Assembly (NCBI RefSeq): GCF_009914755.1
Contig: NC_060930.1
Reading direction: 5' to 3' (one strand)
DNA from: the human T2T-CHM13v2.0 reference genome, Homo sapiens
Length of the DNA stretch: 64,000 nt
Shown here in pieces: positions 13,085-29,410 of this stretch. A model generated the notes under the pieces. That model worked only from the letters and a program-made list of their open reading frames with translations, was not told the origin of the DNA and ran no database searches. The translations under genes and the position numbers were made by a program. Numbering within the stretch: the first letter of the stretch is position 1; each line of letters starts with the position of its first letter.

Positions 13085-15820
13085 CAAATGGTGTGAATTG
13101 TGTGTTCCCACTTACATGTGGATCTTTTTCAAGGTATGCATTAAATTTTTTTTGAAGATTTACAACAATTTTAAAAAAACTCACAGATAAACTGTGAGCC
13201 TAGAAATATAAAAAAAAAAAAAACCAAGAAAAAATTAGGTATGGCATGAATGCATGACATCTATGTAGATACTAGTTTATTTTATTATTTGCTACCAAAA
13301 ATATGCACGCATTTATTATAAAAAGTTAAGATATATGAAAACTTACACACACACACTTAGAGATCAAACATGGCACAATTCACAGTTGAAAGCAGTGTAA
13401 ACAAATGTAAAGATGCACTATTAAATCATAACTGTATAAAATTCACTGTAGGCCATGCTGTGCTACAGTAATAATTTCATGGCCACCTCCTGCTGCTATT
13501 GTGGTGAGTTCAAGTGTTGCAAGTGCCTGCTTAAAAGGCCTTGCGATGTTAATCACATCTGCATGACCAATTCTTCTCCCCAGTAAATGCGTATTGCTGT
13601 AAAAATTGATATTTTGTGATTCTTGTGTATTTTTAATCATTTTCAGTGCAACACCATAGACCTTGAATAACGTCATGGGACCCACATGAAGTGCCACTAG
13701 TGATGCTGGAAGTGCTCCCAAGATATAGAGAAAATTCATGACTTACAAGAAATAGTTGAATTGCTTGACCTGTATCATGGATTAAGATCTGCATCTGTGG
13801 TTACCCACAATTTCAAGATAAATAAGTGCAGTGTAAGGACTATCATAAAAAAAGAAAAGAATTTTGTAAAGCCATCACTGCAGCTATGCCATCAGGCATG
13901 AAAACCTTGCACTTTTTGTAAAACTCCTTTTTATCTCATAGTGAAAATGCAGCTTTTATGTGGGTGAAGGATTGCTATAAGAAAGGCACACCTATAGACG
14001 TTAATATATTTTGAGAAAAAGTGAAGTTATTTTATGACAATTTAAAGCAAAAGGAAGGTGAAGGGTCTAAAGCTGGATAATTTAATGCCAGCAAAGGAAT
14101 CTTTGATAATTTTAGAAAGAGATTTGGCTTAAAAAATAACAAGATAATAGAAGGAGATTCTGCTGACCAAGAGACATCAGGCAAATTCCCAGTCACCATT
14201 AAGAAAATCATTGAAGAGAAAAAAACAGCCACCTGAACAGGTTTTTAATGCAGATAAAAGTGTCCTATTCTGGAACAACAACAACAAAAAAGCCTTAAAT
14301 GACATTTATTAGAAAGGAAGAGAAATGGATTTAAGGCAGGAAAGAAGAGGCAAACTCTACTGTTTTGTACAAATGCAATTGGGTTTATGACCAGGGCTGC
14401 TCTTATCTCTGATGCTGCTAACCCCCAAGCCTTGCAGGAAAAAATAAACACCACCATCCAGTCTTTTGGTTGTAAAAGAAAGCCTAGACAATGAGAACCT
14501 TTTATCTAGATTGTTTCCATCAAATGATTTGTCCCTGTGGTCAGAAAGTACCTTGTCAATAAGAAACTACTTTTTAATATTTTTTTATATTGAACAATAC
14601 CCCGGGCCCGGAATCTTATGACTTTAACAACAAAGACATCAAAGTAATCTGCTTGCCCTCAAACACAATTCCTCTAATAATTATTCAGCCTTTCCATCAG
14701 GGGTTATAAGGGTCATTAAGGCTCACTACACACCATACTCTATGGAAAAGATCATCAGTGCTATGGAAAAGAACCCTGATAGAAAGAGCATATTATGAAG
14801 ATGCCATTATTGTTATAGAAAAAGTCATGAAAGCCAGCAAGCCCTAAACAATAAATTCCTGCTGGAGAAAGCTCTGTCCAGCTGTTGTGCAGATTTCACA
14901 AGATTTATAACAAAGCCAATCGAAGAAATCATGAAAAAGGTTGTGGATATAGCAAACAAACAAACAAAATATGGGGTGGGGGAAGGATTTCAAGATATGA
15001 ATCTTAGAGAAATTTAAAAGCTAATAGACACCAGAGAAATGAACAGAAGACAACTTGTGGAGATGAGTGATTTTGAACCAATTCCAGACAATGAGGAAGA
15101 AGATGTAGACGCAGTGCCAGAAAACAAATGACATTAGACAATCTGGCAGAAGGGTTCTGATTATTCAGAACTGTTTGTGACTTCTTTCACAACATGGATC
15201 CTTCTATGATATGGGCACTAAAACTAAAGCAAATTGGTTCTGTAAACATTTTTAGATAAATGGAAAAAGAAAAAAGTCCTATGATATGGGCCCTGAAATT
15301 AAAGCAAATGATGGAGATCGGTACTGTAAACATTTTTAGATAAATGAAAAAGGAAAAAAGCCGACAGGAATTACAATGCCTTTCATAAAGTTACATCTAG
15401 TGTGTCGGCCTCCCCTGCCTCGCCTTCTACATCCTCCATCTCCTAAACCTCTTCTGCCTCTGCCACCCGTGAGATAGCAAGACCTACTCTTCTTCCTCCT
15501 CAGCTTACTCAAAGTGAGATTATGAGAATGAAGAACTTTATAATGATCTACTTCCACTTAATAAATAGTACATATATTTTTCTTACAGTTTTCTTCATAG
15601 CACATCTTTTCTCTGTATTGCTTTATTGTAAGAATGCAGCATATAGTACATATAACATAAAATATCTGTTAATTGACTATGTGTTGATAAGACTTTAATC
15701 AACAGAAGGCTATTAATACTTAAGTTTTGGGGGAGTCAAAAGTTATATGCATTTTATTTTTTTCTGTATGGGAGTGGGGTTTGTGCCCCTAACCCTTAAC
15801 CATTATTCAAAGGTCAACTG
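13085..15820 (+). mobile_element. Near full-length Tigger2 (pogo-family DNA transposon), ~2.7 kb
   Basis: Right end 'ggggagtcaaaagttatatgc...cccctaacc...ttcaaaggtcaactg' followed by TA; left end 'ggtgtgaattgtgtgttcccacttacatgtggatc'; MER28/Tigger2a-type 3' segment at ~15450-15820. Confidence 0.92.
13675..15400 (+). pseudogene. Decayed Tigger2 transposase
   Basis: ATG at 13675 gives MGPT*SATSDAGSAPK; 'tttaatgccagcaaagga...gataattttagaaagagatttggc' (FNASKG.FDNFRKRFG, CENP-B-type HTH); 'caggtttttaatgcagataaaagt' (QVFNAD, first catalytic Asp); many stops and frameshifts; 3' limit approximate. Confidence 0.85.
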
Positions 15821-16199
15821 TAGTCTTAGTAAATATTTGCACCGGCTTAATTTCATGGTAGAAATGTTTTTAACGATTTCTTCTGTTGAATATTACTTAG
15901 TCAGTTGCTTCTCCCTTCTTTCTTCACTTTCAACTCATCCATTTCCACTGATGGCTTTTCTAAAACTGTAAAAATGCTAAAAATTATTCCATATTAAAGA
16001 ATTTTGTTTCCAGGGAGACCTTGATTTTGGTCTCTCCAGCTCTTGTGCACATGCATACACACACATGCACATACATGCTCCTTTTATGTTGTCCTCTCTG
16101 CCCAAAATCAGGGTATCTAAGAAATAGCTCACTTGTTCACTGAATGAATACTTCATGGAATCAAATCTGGCAAAATCTCGAATGGTATTCTAATTACCT

Positions 16200-17200
16200 A
16201 ATTCAGTATACTCCTTTTAATTCTTTAATTTGACTCTGTGTCATCTGAATATGTTGGTCATTTCTTGAAATCAATGTATGTGAGAAATTTATTCCATTCT
16301 AATTATCTTCTTTCCTCTTATTCTTTCTATATTATTATCTTTACTAATCCATTATTTGCCAATATCTTAATCTGGTATCTCCCAGATGTAATCCTTGCCC
16401 TTCCCCTTGGCAGTAGCCTTCATTCAAGTGACTTCAACCATCACCAGCAGATCTAAATCTAAAATGCATATCAAAATACAGGGAATTTTTTTCCAAATAC
16501 AATCTTGCATCTCTCTGCTAGGTCAATAATTTTGACTGGGGCTATTTTTTTCTGGGGAAAAAAAAGCCTAAGTGATTTTAATATATTTTCCTTTGGGAGA
16601 AGCCCTGATATATACGATTAATTCTTTAAGCTCTAAACCAAAAGGTTTCATTGCCTGCTGGGTATATTCACTCTAAGGACCCATAGATAGTTCGAAGTTA
16701 TATTTATGTAAAGCAGAAATCATCATCACCTCAAATACAAAGCTATTGAATCTTCTATATTTCCTAACTCTGTCATTATCCATACAATAACTCAAATCAG
16801 AAACTTGGAGGTGTAATTGGCTCCTTCCTACTTCTCATCAGATCTTGTGAATTCTATCATCTTAACAAATTTCATATGTATTCCTTTACATTCCTACTGC
16901 TACTTTTTTTTTTACAATTTTCATTTTTTGTGAATGTCATTTATTCTCACTTTACTTTTACAGACACACCACTTTCAGTATTCAAGTCAAACTCAATCTC
17001 CCAAGACTTCCCTCTTGACTGTCCCATATACATCATACACTGCCCTCTTTTCCCTAAAGTCATATTATTATCTTTGAATCTCAGTATATTCTTTATGTTT
17101 CTACCATTTTATCTGAAGTTCTTCAAATATGTATTGAATATCTCTTTTTAATAAACTCGATGTGCCTTGATGCAAGTCATTATTAGCTTTTGGGATTTCC
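16200..17200 (+). mobile_element. Fragmented L2 ORF2/3' region, interrupted by a MER5-like piece (~16450-16610)
   Basis: 'ttgcctgctgggtatattcac', 'ccatacaataactcaaatcagaaacttggaggtgtaattggctccttcc', 'tcttgtgaattctatcatcttaac' are typical L2 motifs. Confidence 0.55.
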
Positions 17201-18736
17201 ATTAATTAACAGAATTTCTGATGCCTATAGAGCCGTAAACAAGTGTTTGTTATGTCTAGTTGTGCATACATTTGTACGTGTGTGTTTAATATTCACATGG
17301 ATGTGACTAAAGATCTAATGTCTTTACAATGCATCATTTTATACATTATTTATAGCTTTATACATATCTTTAAAAGAGATTTGGTATTGAATAGGAATAT
17401 TTTTATATATATTTACTCTCTGAGATTGAGGTGTTATTTTCAGTTAATATATGAACATCAAAGTGTAAAGCAAACTTACAACTTATTCAGTGTAACATAG
17501 TAAATCATTATTAAAGTTAGAAAGATGTCTATAAGGCTTTATATCTAGTGCTATTTCAAATTAAATAATAAGGTCGCAAATATTAGAAATACCAAAACAT
17601 TTGCCACTGATCTAACTGTGAGATTCAGGATAATTTTCAAAGGCTCCAGTAAGGTTGTGAGTGCCTCCATTTATATTCTGCTTGAGTATTTAAAACCATT
17701 TAAAACCACCTGTTTGTGCATTCAGTTTCTCATGTTGCACACATAAATGTGAGTTTTTGCAAGCAAAAACAGATGCATTCCTAAAATGTGTCAGCACATT
17801 TTCAAAAGCCTACTGAAAATGTGTCCTCATATGTCTGCAGACTTTGTTATAACTTACATCAGTGAGCTGTATAAATTGGTTTCTTGAATATCCATTAATG
17901 CAAATTACCAGGCCAGGAAAACATCACACAAAGATCTGTAAAATCTCACAAAATATAACATCTTTCCTAGGAAGGAGATAAAAAGAACAAAGTTATGTTA
18001 GCATTTTTTATCCTAAGGTAATCTTGGAAGTAAATGTGGCTTATTTTAAAAAGTGCATCTTTCTCTATGCGTAGATAGTACTTTCCCTCTTACCCACAAA
18101 TTCACCAGCTGACGTTGGATAAGGAAAAAAAAAATATATATATATACACTTTCATTGTTAAAAAAGTATGGAAAATATCTTTCCATTAGTCTTATTATAA
18201 ATAAACAAATTCAGGAAAAAAAAGTGGAAGATTGGGATATGGAAGGATGATTAGTTCTTTGGGGCAAAACATCTCTTAGAATGTATTGCAGAAGTTTCAT
18301 TTATGATAGAGAAAATGAAAAGCAAGGATAGTCAAGCTGTAAGTACCATTTGTCTTTCCTTAGTAAGTAGTTCTCATACAAGGTCTTTTTGGTCTAAACC
18401 TACCTAAATTGCTGCTAGTACTAGCAGGGAAAAAAGGTTACCAATTCCTACAAAATTCACTAATAGATAAACAAGATGGGTTTGACTGTGCCTTTCAATC
18501 TCCAGTGGCAAGCAGGAGCATACCACTTGCCTCACTCTTGTCTCTGAATCCTTGCTCTACCAAATTCCTGAAGAAAATTATCACATCTCTCTTTTTTCTT
18601 CCATATTTTTGTGTTATTTTCTACTGCATCTTTACATTCTATCTTTAAACAGATGCAGTATCATATGAGTTCTTTTTATTTTTTTCCAATTATAATATCT
18701 GAGATGGTTATTTTTTTTTTTTTCAAATGTAGTATC

Positions 18737-19202
18737 TGAGATGGTTAATTTTATCTGTAATCTCAGCTTGGCTACAGGATGCACAGATATTTGATTAACA
18801 TTATTTCTGGGTGTATCTATGAGAGTGATTCTAGATGGCATTAATATTGGAATAGGTAGATAAAATAAATTAGATTGTCTTCCCCATTGTGGATGGGCCT
18901 CTTTCAATCCATTGAAGGGCTGAATAGCATCAAAAAGCTGAGTAAGAATTATCCTTCTATATCTGACAATTTTTTTGCTGGGACATTGGTCTTCTCCTAC
19001 CTTCAAACTCAGACTTGAGCTGGAACTTACAATGGCCGTTCTGGGTCTCTAGCTTGTGAACTGAAATCTGGGGACTTACCAGCCTACATAATTGTAAGTC
19101 AGTTTTTTTTTAATAATAATTTCTGTTAAACTATTAAGAGAGAGATTAGACAGACAGATAGATAAAGATAGATTCTATTGCTTCTAATTCTATTTTACTA
19201 AA
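18737..19202 (+). mobile_element. MLT2 (C/D-like) 5' LTR of an ERV-L provirus
   Basis: Starts 'tgagatggttaattttatctgt'; contains 'tgtggatgggcctctttcaatccattgaagggctgaatag'; joins directly to the ERV-L internal start 'gattttggtac'. Confidence 0.88.
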
Positions 19203-23288
<4,086 letters not shown>

Positions 23289-23607
23289 CCTCTTGAGGTT
23301 GGGGGTGGGGGTGGGGGTGGAGAGTCTCTCTTCTCAAACTTCTGTACTATTGGGCTATAACTAAAATTGACAATAAGTTCATAAAATATTTATTGAATAT
23401 AATCATTTAATTAATTTAGCTCAAATTTCCTTTTATTTTCTGACTTCAATGAGTAGTTTTACCACTTTGGTCTATAACATTCTTTTATACATTTTAAATG
23501 TTAAATTCTATTAATAATTTATTATTGTTTCAGTTTATTCTAGAAATCACAGAGGCCTACAGTTTATAAATGTTTACTCACTGTACTAGCTTGATTATCA
23601 CAGAGTA

Positions 23608-24055
23608 ATAATTCTTAAAATGGTACCTACAGCAGTACCTGCAAACTTGTTAGAAATACAGATTCTTAGGGTCCCTTGCAGACCTACTGAATCAGCAATC
23701 TGTGTTTTAAGAAGCCCTTCTGGCCTGGCATGGTGGCTCACACCTGTAATCCCAGCACTTTGGGAGGCCAAGGCAAGGTGGGCAGATCACCTGAGGTCAG
23801 GAGTTCAAGACCAGCTTGGCCAACATGGCAAAACCTGGTCTCTACTAAAAATATAAAAGTTAGCGGGGAGTGGTGGTCTCTGCCTGTAATCCCAGCTACC
23901 CAGTAGGCCGAAGCAGGAAAGTTGCTTAAATCTGGGGACAGAGGTTGCAATGAGCCGAGATAGGGCCCACTGCACTCCAGCCTGAGACTCCATCTCAAGA
24001 AAAAAAGAAGCCCTCCTGGAGATTCATTCTGGTGCAGACAAAACTTTGAGAACAA
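23608..24055. mobile_element. MER5A MITE split by an Alu
   Basis: 'aacttgttagaaatacagattcttagg...agacctactgaatcag...ttttaagaagccc' [Alu] 'ccctcctggagattc...aactttgagaac'. Confidence 0.85.
23722..24004 (+). mobile_element. AluSx-like
   Basis: 'gatcacctgaggtcaggagttcaagaccagc'; 13-bp TSD aagaagccct(t/c)ct at 23709-23721 and 24005-24017. Confidence 0.95.
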
Positions 24056-24445
24056 GTTCCCTAGACACACTGATTGCTATGGGAATTGTTTATTGACAGA
24101 ATGTTCTGAAGTGAAACCTGTGGAGAAGTGAGGAAGAGCAGCATGGCAAACATGTGAATTCAGCTCAAGTCTAGCCACAATCTGATTTTCTGCTGCATCA
24201 ATGAATCAAAATTTGAGGCAAAGGAATAGGACTCTTGTTATTCCTAAATTACTATACTGCTCCCAGAGTGAAGGCGTGCCCTTCAGGTATTTCTGCATAA
24301 GATAGCTCTAGTATACCCAAGACAATTCCCAGAATGGTGCTGTCATGAGCTGTTAGCTTCCAGCTCTCATAGCAGTTTGGCTTAGATTCATCACTCAGGG
24401 ATAGCATAAGAAAGACATGAGTGGGGCACAAAACTGTCCTTTACA
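24056..24445 (-). mobile_element. LTR16C-like solo LTR (ERV-L class)
   Basis: 'cagctcaagtctagccacaatctga', 'ttgaggcaaagg', 'gagctgttagcttccagctctcatagcagtttgg', ending 'ggggcacaaaactgtcctttaca'. Confidence 0.75.
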
Positions 24446-25844
24446 CATTTTATCTGAAATTTTTCTCAGAGGGAGAGGGAGAGAATTTGGTTTTTATGCA
24501 TATTTTCCTTTGGAAAACAATAAAAGAACATTTCATGCATAGACAGTAAAATTCAGAGATAAAAATTTCCAGTGCCTTCGAGATAAGTTTAATTAGTCCT
24601 TCAATCAGGTGAGTAATTTGCAGCCTTTCTCAACATTTTCTTTAATTCTTGCCAATCCATTTTATCCTGAGTCTTAAAACCAAAAGGTTTTTAATTTTTT
24701 AATTTAAAATATTTTTATGAAATGACCTCTTGACCACATAATGAATCTATCCTCTTATCTATTAATTCCTTCAAATCCTGGGTATTTTAAATTGCTCAAA
24801 CCCTATTTGGTCTTGAAGATTATACTGTTACTCATGATTTTACTCCTAAAAGTTGATAGTATGTTCACTGTAGAGTCATGAATTAAGCCATAATCCTAAA
24901 TAAATTGCTCAATAATAATTTAAGCTTCTGAAGGTTTGATTAGGAATGCTAGCGGATTATAAAAAGAATGCTGATGACCAAGTATCTGGGGACAAAAAGC
25001 AATGTCTTCAAACTCTTTTTTGAAGCATCTATGTTTGGAAATTAATATTAAATGTTTTTCAGCACATTCCCTTTAGAAAGAAAATGAAAATACTAAAATT
25101 ATTTCCCAATAACGATTTAGGCACCATTTAAATAATTTTACAAATAAGCATAGGCATATTGCAGTGCCTTGTATTAATTTTTAAAACATCTCTCAAAGAG
25201 TTAAAGGACATTTCTTAATTTGAAGTTAGTTTCTATTGATGTAGAGAACCAGAAATTATATAATTCTTCTCCTATATTTGTAGGTCCATGCCCCTCCCTT
25301 ACCCCCTTCTAAAATAGCTACATTGAGTCTCTGTTTTAAAAATGTGTATATATATATATAGACTTGTTTTTTTCCATAGTCGGAATCAAGATGTATTTTC
25401 TTGTAGGCGTATTTCAAAGGCCTCCTTTTTTTGCATCTCTGTCTTTTCATCATGTTTTCTTCAGGTTTTTCATCCTTGTTCTAAAACTTTCCTTGCCTCT
25501 GTCTTTTGAGATATAACTTGAGGAAGATTGAAGTAAAATTATTTTAGACATAATTCTGTCTCTTTACTTCCTTGATTTCTCTCAATATCATTTGTCTTTT
25601 TACCATAAAGTGTAGCCATAGAGTTTTCCTGCGTTGTTGCTCATTTTTGCCACTCTTTCTTTTTTTCCCAAATCCATGTTAGACTCCTTGTTCCCCTGTT
25701 TGAGGTGGTATACAGGCTTGCTTTGACCACGTGCATTGGAAAGAGAAAATTAACTTAAAACATGAACTCAAGAAATGAGAGATGTAGCAGGTTCCTGAAA
25801 CTCTCCATTCCCTATATCCAAGCTTTCTCATCTGAATATTGAAG

Positions 25845-26220
25845 ATAGAAAAGCTGTTTGTGTCCCACTCAGATTCCTCTTTTATGGCCAGTGCAGACAC
25901 AGTTCCCCCTTTTCCTTAGAGAACATCTCTGTTGATGGCAGCCCCCTTTTCCAGGAGGCTAACCACCCCATATCCTTACCCTCTTCCTGGGTGCACCCAA
26001 CAAGCCAATGACAGATAGGTGAATACAGAAGGCTGATCACTTACCTGTAGAAACTGCAGCTCTGGTAGAGATTTGTGATCACCCTGTAGATTAGGCCAAG
26101 GATAGACTTACCTGAGGCTGTATCTTTCCTCAGTTCATTCTCCTTTTCTATCCTGCCTCCCCCACTACCTTTACCAAATTCCTGTCTCAGGCTCTGCTTC
26201 TAGGGAATCTTACCTAAAAA
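25845..26220 (+). mobile_element. LTR16C-like LTR
   Basis: 'agccaatgacagatag', 3' end 'tgtctcaggctctgcttctagggaatcttacctaa'. Confidence 0.8.
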
Positions 26221-26550
26221 TGATGCTTCCAGGAGTCGTTCTAGGAAGCAAACATTAAGCATGGGATTCTGGAGTTGGATCACTTATGGGTCAGCAGAAA
26301 CAAAAATGCTATCATTGGTGGTAGATGAAGTATTGATAGATTTTGGCAGTGTAATTGCTAAGATTTTCTCCTGTGGTGAAAAATGATGGTAAACAGGTAG
26401 ATGAGTGTGTTCTGGCTTGCCTAATGTCTCTGGCCTCTTAGAGACAGTGGAGAAATTGTATTTATAAGGGTTGGAGTTTGGGTGGCTGTTGCTAAAAATT
26501 AAGAATGCTTGAAGGCAGAAAATGACAGGCTCAGGGAAATCAATCATTAA
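26221..26550 (+). mobile_element. HERV16/ERV3-16A3 internal 5' fragment
   Basis: 'ccaggagtcgttctaggaagcaaac...atgggattctggagttggatcac' directly after the LTR; 'ggagtttgggtggctgttgctaa...gaaaatgacaggctcaggg' is gag-like. Confidence 0.75.
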
Positions 26551-26874
26551 TTTACGTCCTGCTAACAGAGCTGAAAACCAGGCATTGTTGTCATCACTGA
26601 ATTCAAACTAGTATAATATAGTAATTACTTATATTGGTAAATAAGCCACCAAAAATAATTTAATTTATGCTATGTATTCTGTGTTTAAGGGTTCAGGTAA
26701 GTGCAAAATGTAGTACAGACTGCTTGCAATCTAAAATCTTAAATGTTCCTGCTGAAAAAGATTTAGAAGGTATTTGTCAAATGTGAATGCATGTTGTGTT
26801 CTGAGTTTTAAATGCCCATGTTGTCTTTATTTTGAAGAAAGTAAAGGAATGGTGAATATTTTTTATAACTAAGC

Positions 26875-27065
26875 ATAATATGTGATATCATTTAATTTTC
26901 TCAAGTAGCCCACAAAGGCAGGTACTATTGTAATGACCATTTTACAGAAGAATAATATAAGACAAAGAGAGATATGCACAAAGTTTCTAAAGGTCATGGA
27001 CAATAGCAGTAGAGAGCTAGAACTCAAAATTAAGTCCTGATTTCAATAAATGCTATGTTGTTTTT
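26875..27065 (-). mobile_element. MIR (donor copy of a local duplication)
   Basis: 'tcatttaattttctcaag...ggtactattgtaatgaccattttacagaagaa...aaggtcat...gagctagaactcaaa'. Confidence 0.8.
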
Positions 27066-27489
27066 CTATATTGATGTTAGCTATACATAGGAGTCTCCTT
27101 TTTTGAATGGCTGAGGAATTTTTCAAGATTATAGTTTTTATTGTTTTTCTTTGTTGGGCCTGGAATAAATGTGTAGTCTGCATAATTTGGAACTCACAGT
27201 GTAGTATAGGAAAGACTGTCACAAATAGTCTGAAAAATTAATCAGAAAATAAAATCAGATATGAGCAATACAATCCTTCAGGCTAAATATGACAATGATC
27301 TTGGTGTAAACCTAAGATGTGTCTAGACTTGGAGGTAGAGGTGTCCTCTTGGGCCCATGCAAGTGTTCATTTGCATTTAAAGTGACGGGTTGCCTGGAAA
27401 ATAAATCACCTAAGGAAAAAGAAATTGAGGAACATGAGATGTTTAAGGATAATGTGAAGACAGGGCTGTAAGGGGGAGGAAATTAAACT

Positions 27490-27860
27490 CTGTTTTGGTC
27501 TGCTGTAAGGACTTTTGGGTCCAGAATATGCAAATTTACTCAAATAATACTAAGTAAAGGGAAATTTTACTGAAGGGATTCACATAGACTGGAAACAAAG
27601 TCATTCAGAATCAGATACAGCTCTAAGCTTATACTACAATCTCAAAAAAAAAACCTGCAAAATATATTTATATGCTCTTTTTTTGGCTCATTATTTTCTC
27701 CCCAATTCCTTTCAGAATCCCTTATCCAAACTGATTGGCTTAGTTCATTGGTTAGATGCTTAATGAGCAAAGTGTTTTTTTCAGGGTAACTGACCTGTGA
27801 CTTGCATATGGATCAGATACTCCAACTGATCCAACAAATGGCTATCTTTGCACAAGGGTG
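27490..27860 (-). mobile_element. Old MaLR LTR (MLT1-like) remnant
   Basis: 'aaggacttttgggtccagaatatgcaaatttactcaaataatactaagtaaagggaaattttactgaaggga' resembles a reverse MLT1L/M end. Confidence 0.45.
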
Positions 27861-27900
27861 TTTTTTTTTTTTTTTTCTGATATCCCTAAGCAAAGCTATT

Positions 27901-28105
27901 GTAAAGGAATGGTGAACATTTTTTATAACTAAGCATTATATGTAATAGCATTTAATTTTCTCAAGTAGCCCACAAAGGCAGGTTCTATTGTAATGACCAT
28001 TTTACAGAACGATAATATAAGACAAAGAGAGGTATGCACAAAGTTTCCAAAGGTCATGTACAATAGCAGTAGAGAGCTAGAACTCAAAATTCAGTCTTGA
28101 TTTCA
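27901..28105 (+). repeat. 205-bp direct duplicate of 26841-27045
   Basis: Gapless alignment at offset 1060 with about 12 substitutions. Confidence 0.97.
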
Positions 28106-28764
28106 GTTGAAGTCAGTTTCAGCTATAGTTTCTGTTTGGTTGGTTGGGATTTTTTTGGCAGCAATATGACTGAGACATCTAGTATGCAGATTATATTATT
28201 CTAATATTTTGATGATTATATAATTTATCATCAAAACTAGCTCACTTTTGAGGATGAGATGGGTGATCTTAATAATTGCATTGAAACAACAGAAATAAAT
28301 CAAGACTCTCTCTCAGACAAACTAGAATGTGAAGTCAAATTTCACAAGGCACAGACTCCTTTATTCTTCCTTCTGCTGAAGTTTGAGGCAAATAAATGTC
28401 ACATCTATTTTTTGAGAGTGCTAACACAACATGGGGATCATCCATGTTAATACCTGAGCCCAGGCCAGTGGCATCAGGACTTGGAGCAATTTCAGGTGAA
28501 TCCATAGACCTACATCCCTGACATCACTAAGATATTTTATTGTGTTTTGACAGACAGCAAAATCCTGGACAGTAAGCATTATTAAAGAAGTTATATACAG
28601 GAAAGGAAGAGTGTTTCTAAGAAATTTCCTAGTAAATTCAGGGTGCCAGTTGTTTATTATTATAAGTGGGACCTCAAAACTTTCTTTGTCCCCATTTCCT
28701 GTTGGTATTTGATAATAGAATGACAGGTGGTTAAAAAACTAAGTTTTGTGAAATTTGAAGCAAT

Positions 28765-28870
28765 TCATAGAAAATCAGTAAGATTCAGAAGAGAAGCAAA
28801 TTCTTAACTGTATGATCTTAGTCAAATCACAAAACTCTGGATCTCAGTAGCCTCAATTAAAAACTGAATT
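28765..28870 (+). mobile_element. MIR fragment
   Basis: 'taactgtatgatcttagtcaaatcacaaaactctggatctcagtagcctc'. Confidence 0.55.
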
Positions 28871-28999
28871 CCTTTAATAAGTCTGAAAATATTTACTCTT
28901 GTAGGCTAATAACATGATAAAGAAGTAATTAAATTTTTGGTAAAACTGATTCTTATGAATGAGACCAAGGTCACATTTGGAGTTATAATTTACAATTTA

Positions 29000-29410
29000 T
29001 GTTAATCTAGTTCCTCCAGAAAACAAACACAAAAAAGGATTCAGTGCTCAAGGATTTTATTCAGCAAAATGCTTTGAAAGAAAATAAGTCTGGGAGTGCT
29101 ACTGGACAACAATGCAAGTCTTGACTCAGAGGGGAGGGAGGGAAGGAAGTTTGGTGGTGGTGTCCTAGATGGCCATACATTCTAAAGAAGTTAACAAGGC
29201 ACTTCAGGAGAATGCAAGATAGATGCAGCCAACAGAGAAATCCTGTGCCTTCCGGGAGCAGATATAACATAGTATAGTATCCCACTGAGCTCAGACATGT
29301 GCTTGAAGTAGCCCTTGAGAAATGTGGGTTTAGTGCTAATGTGGAAATAGTTTTAGAAGCTTTGCCACAACTTCTAAGTTGTGGAGGTCTACTTCTTCGC
29401 AAAAGTTCAG
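29000..29410 (-). mobile_element. LTR16-family LTR (3' LTR of a minus-strand provirus)
   Basis: Begins 'tagttcctccagaaaacaaacacaaaaaaggattcagtgctcaaggattttatt'; colinear with the LTR at 32620-33008. Confidence 0.7.

Noticed and set aside
26841-28105. 205-bp direct repeats as the LTRs of a novel small retroelement
   Set aside because: No TG...CA termini, primer-binding site, polypurine tract or outer TSD; the unit is a MIR remnant plus flank.
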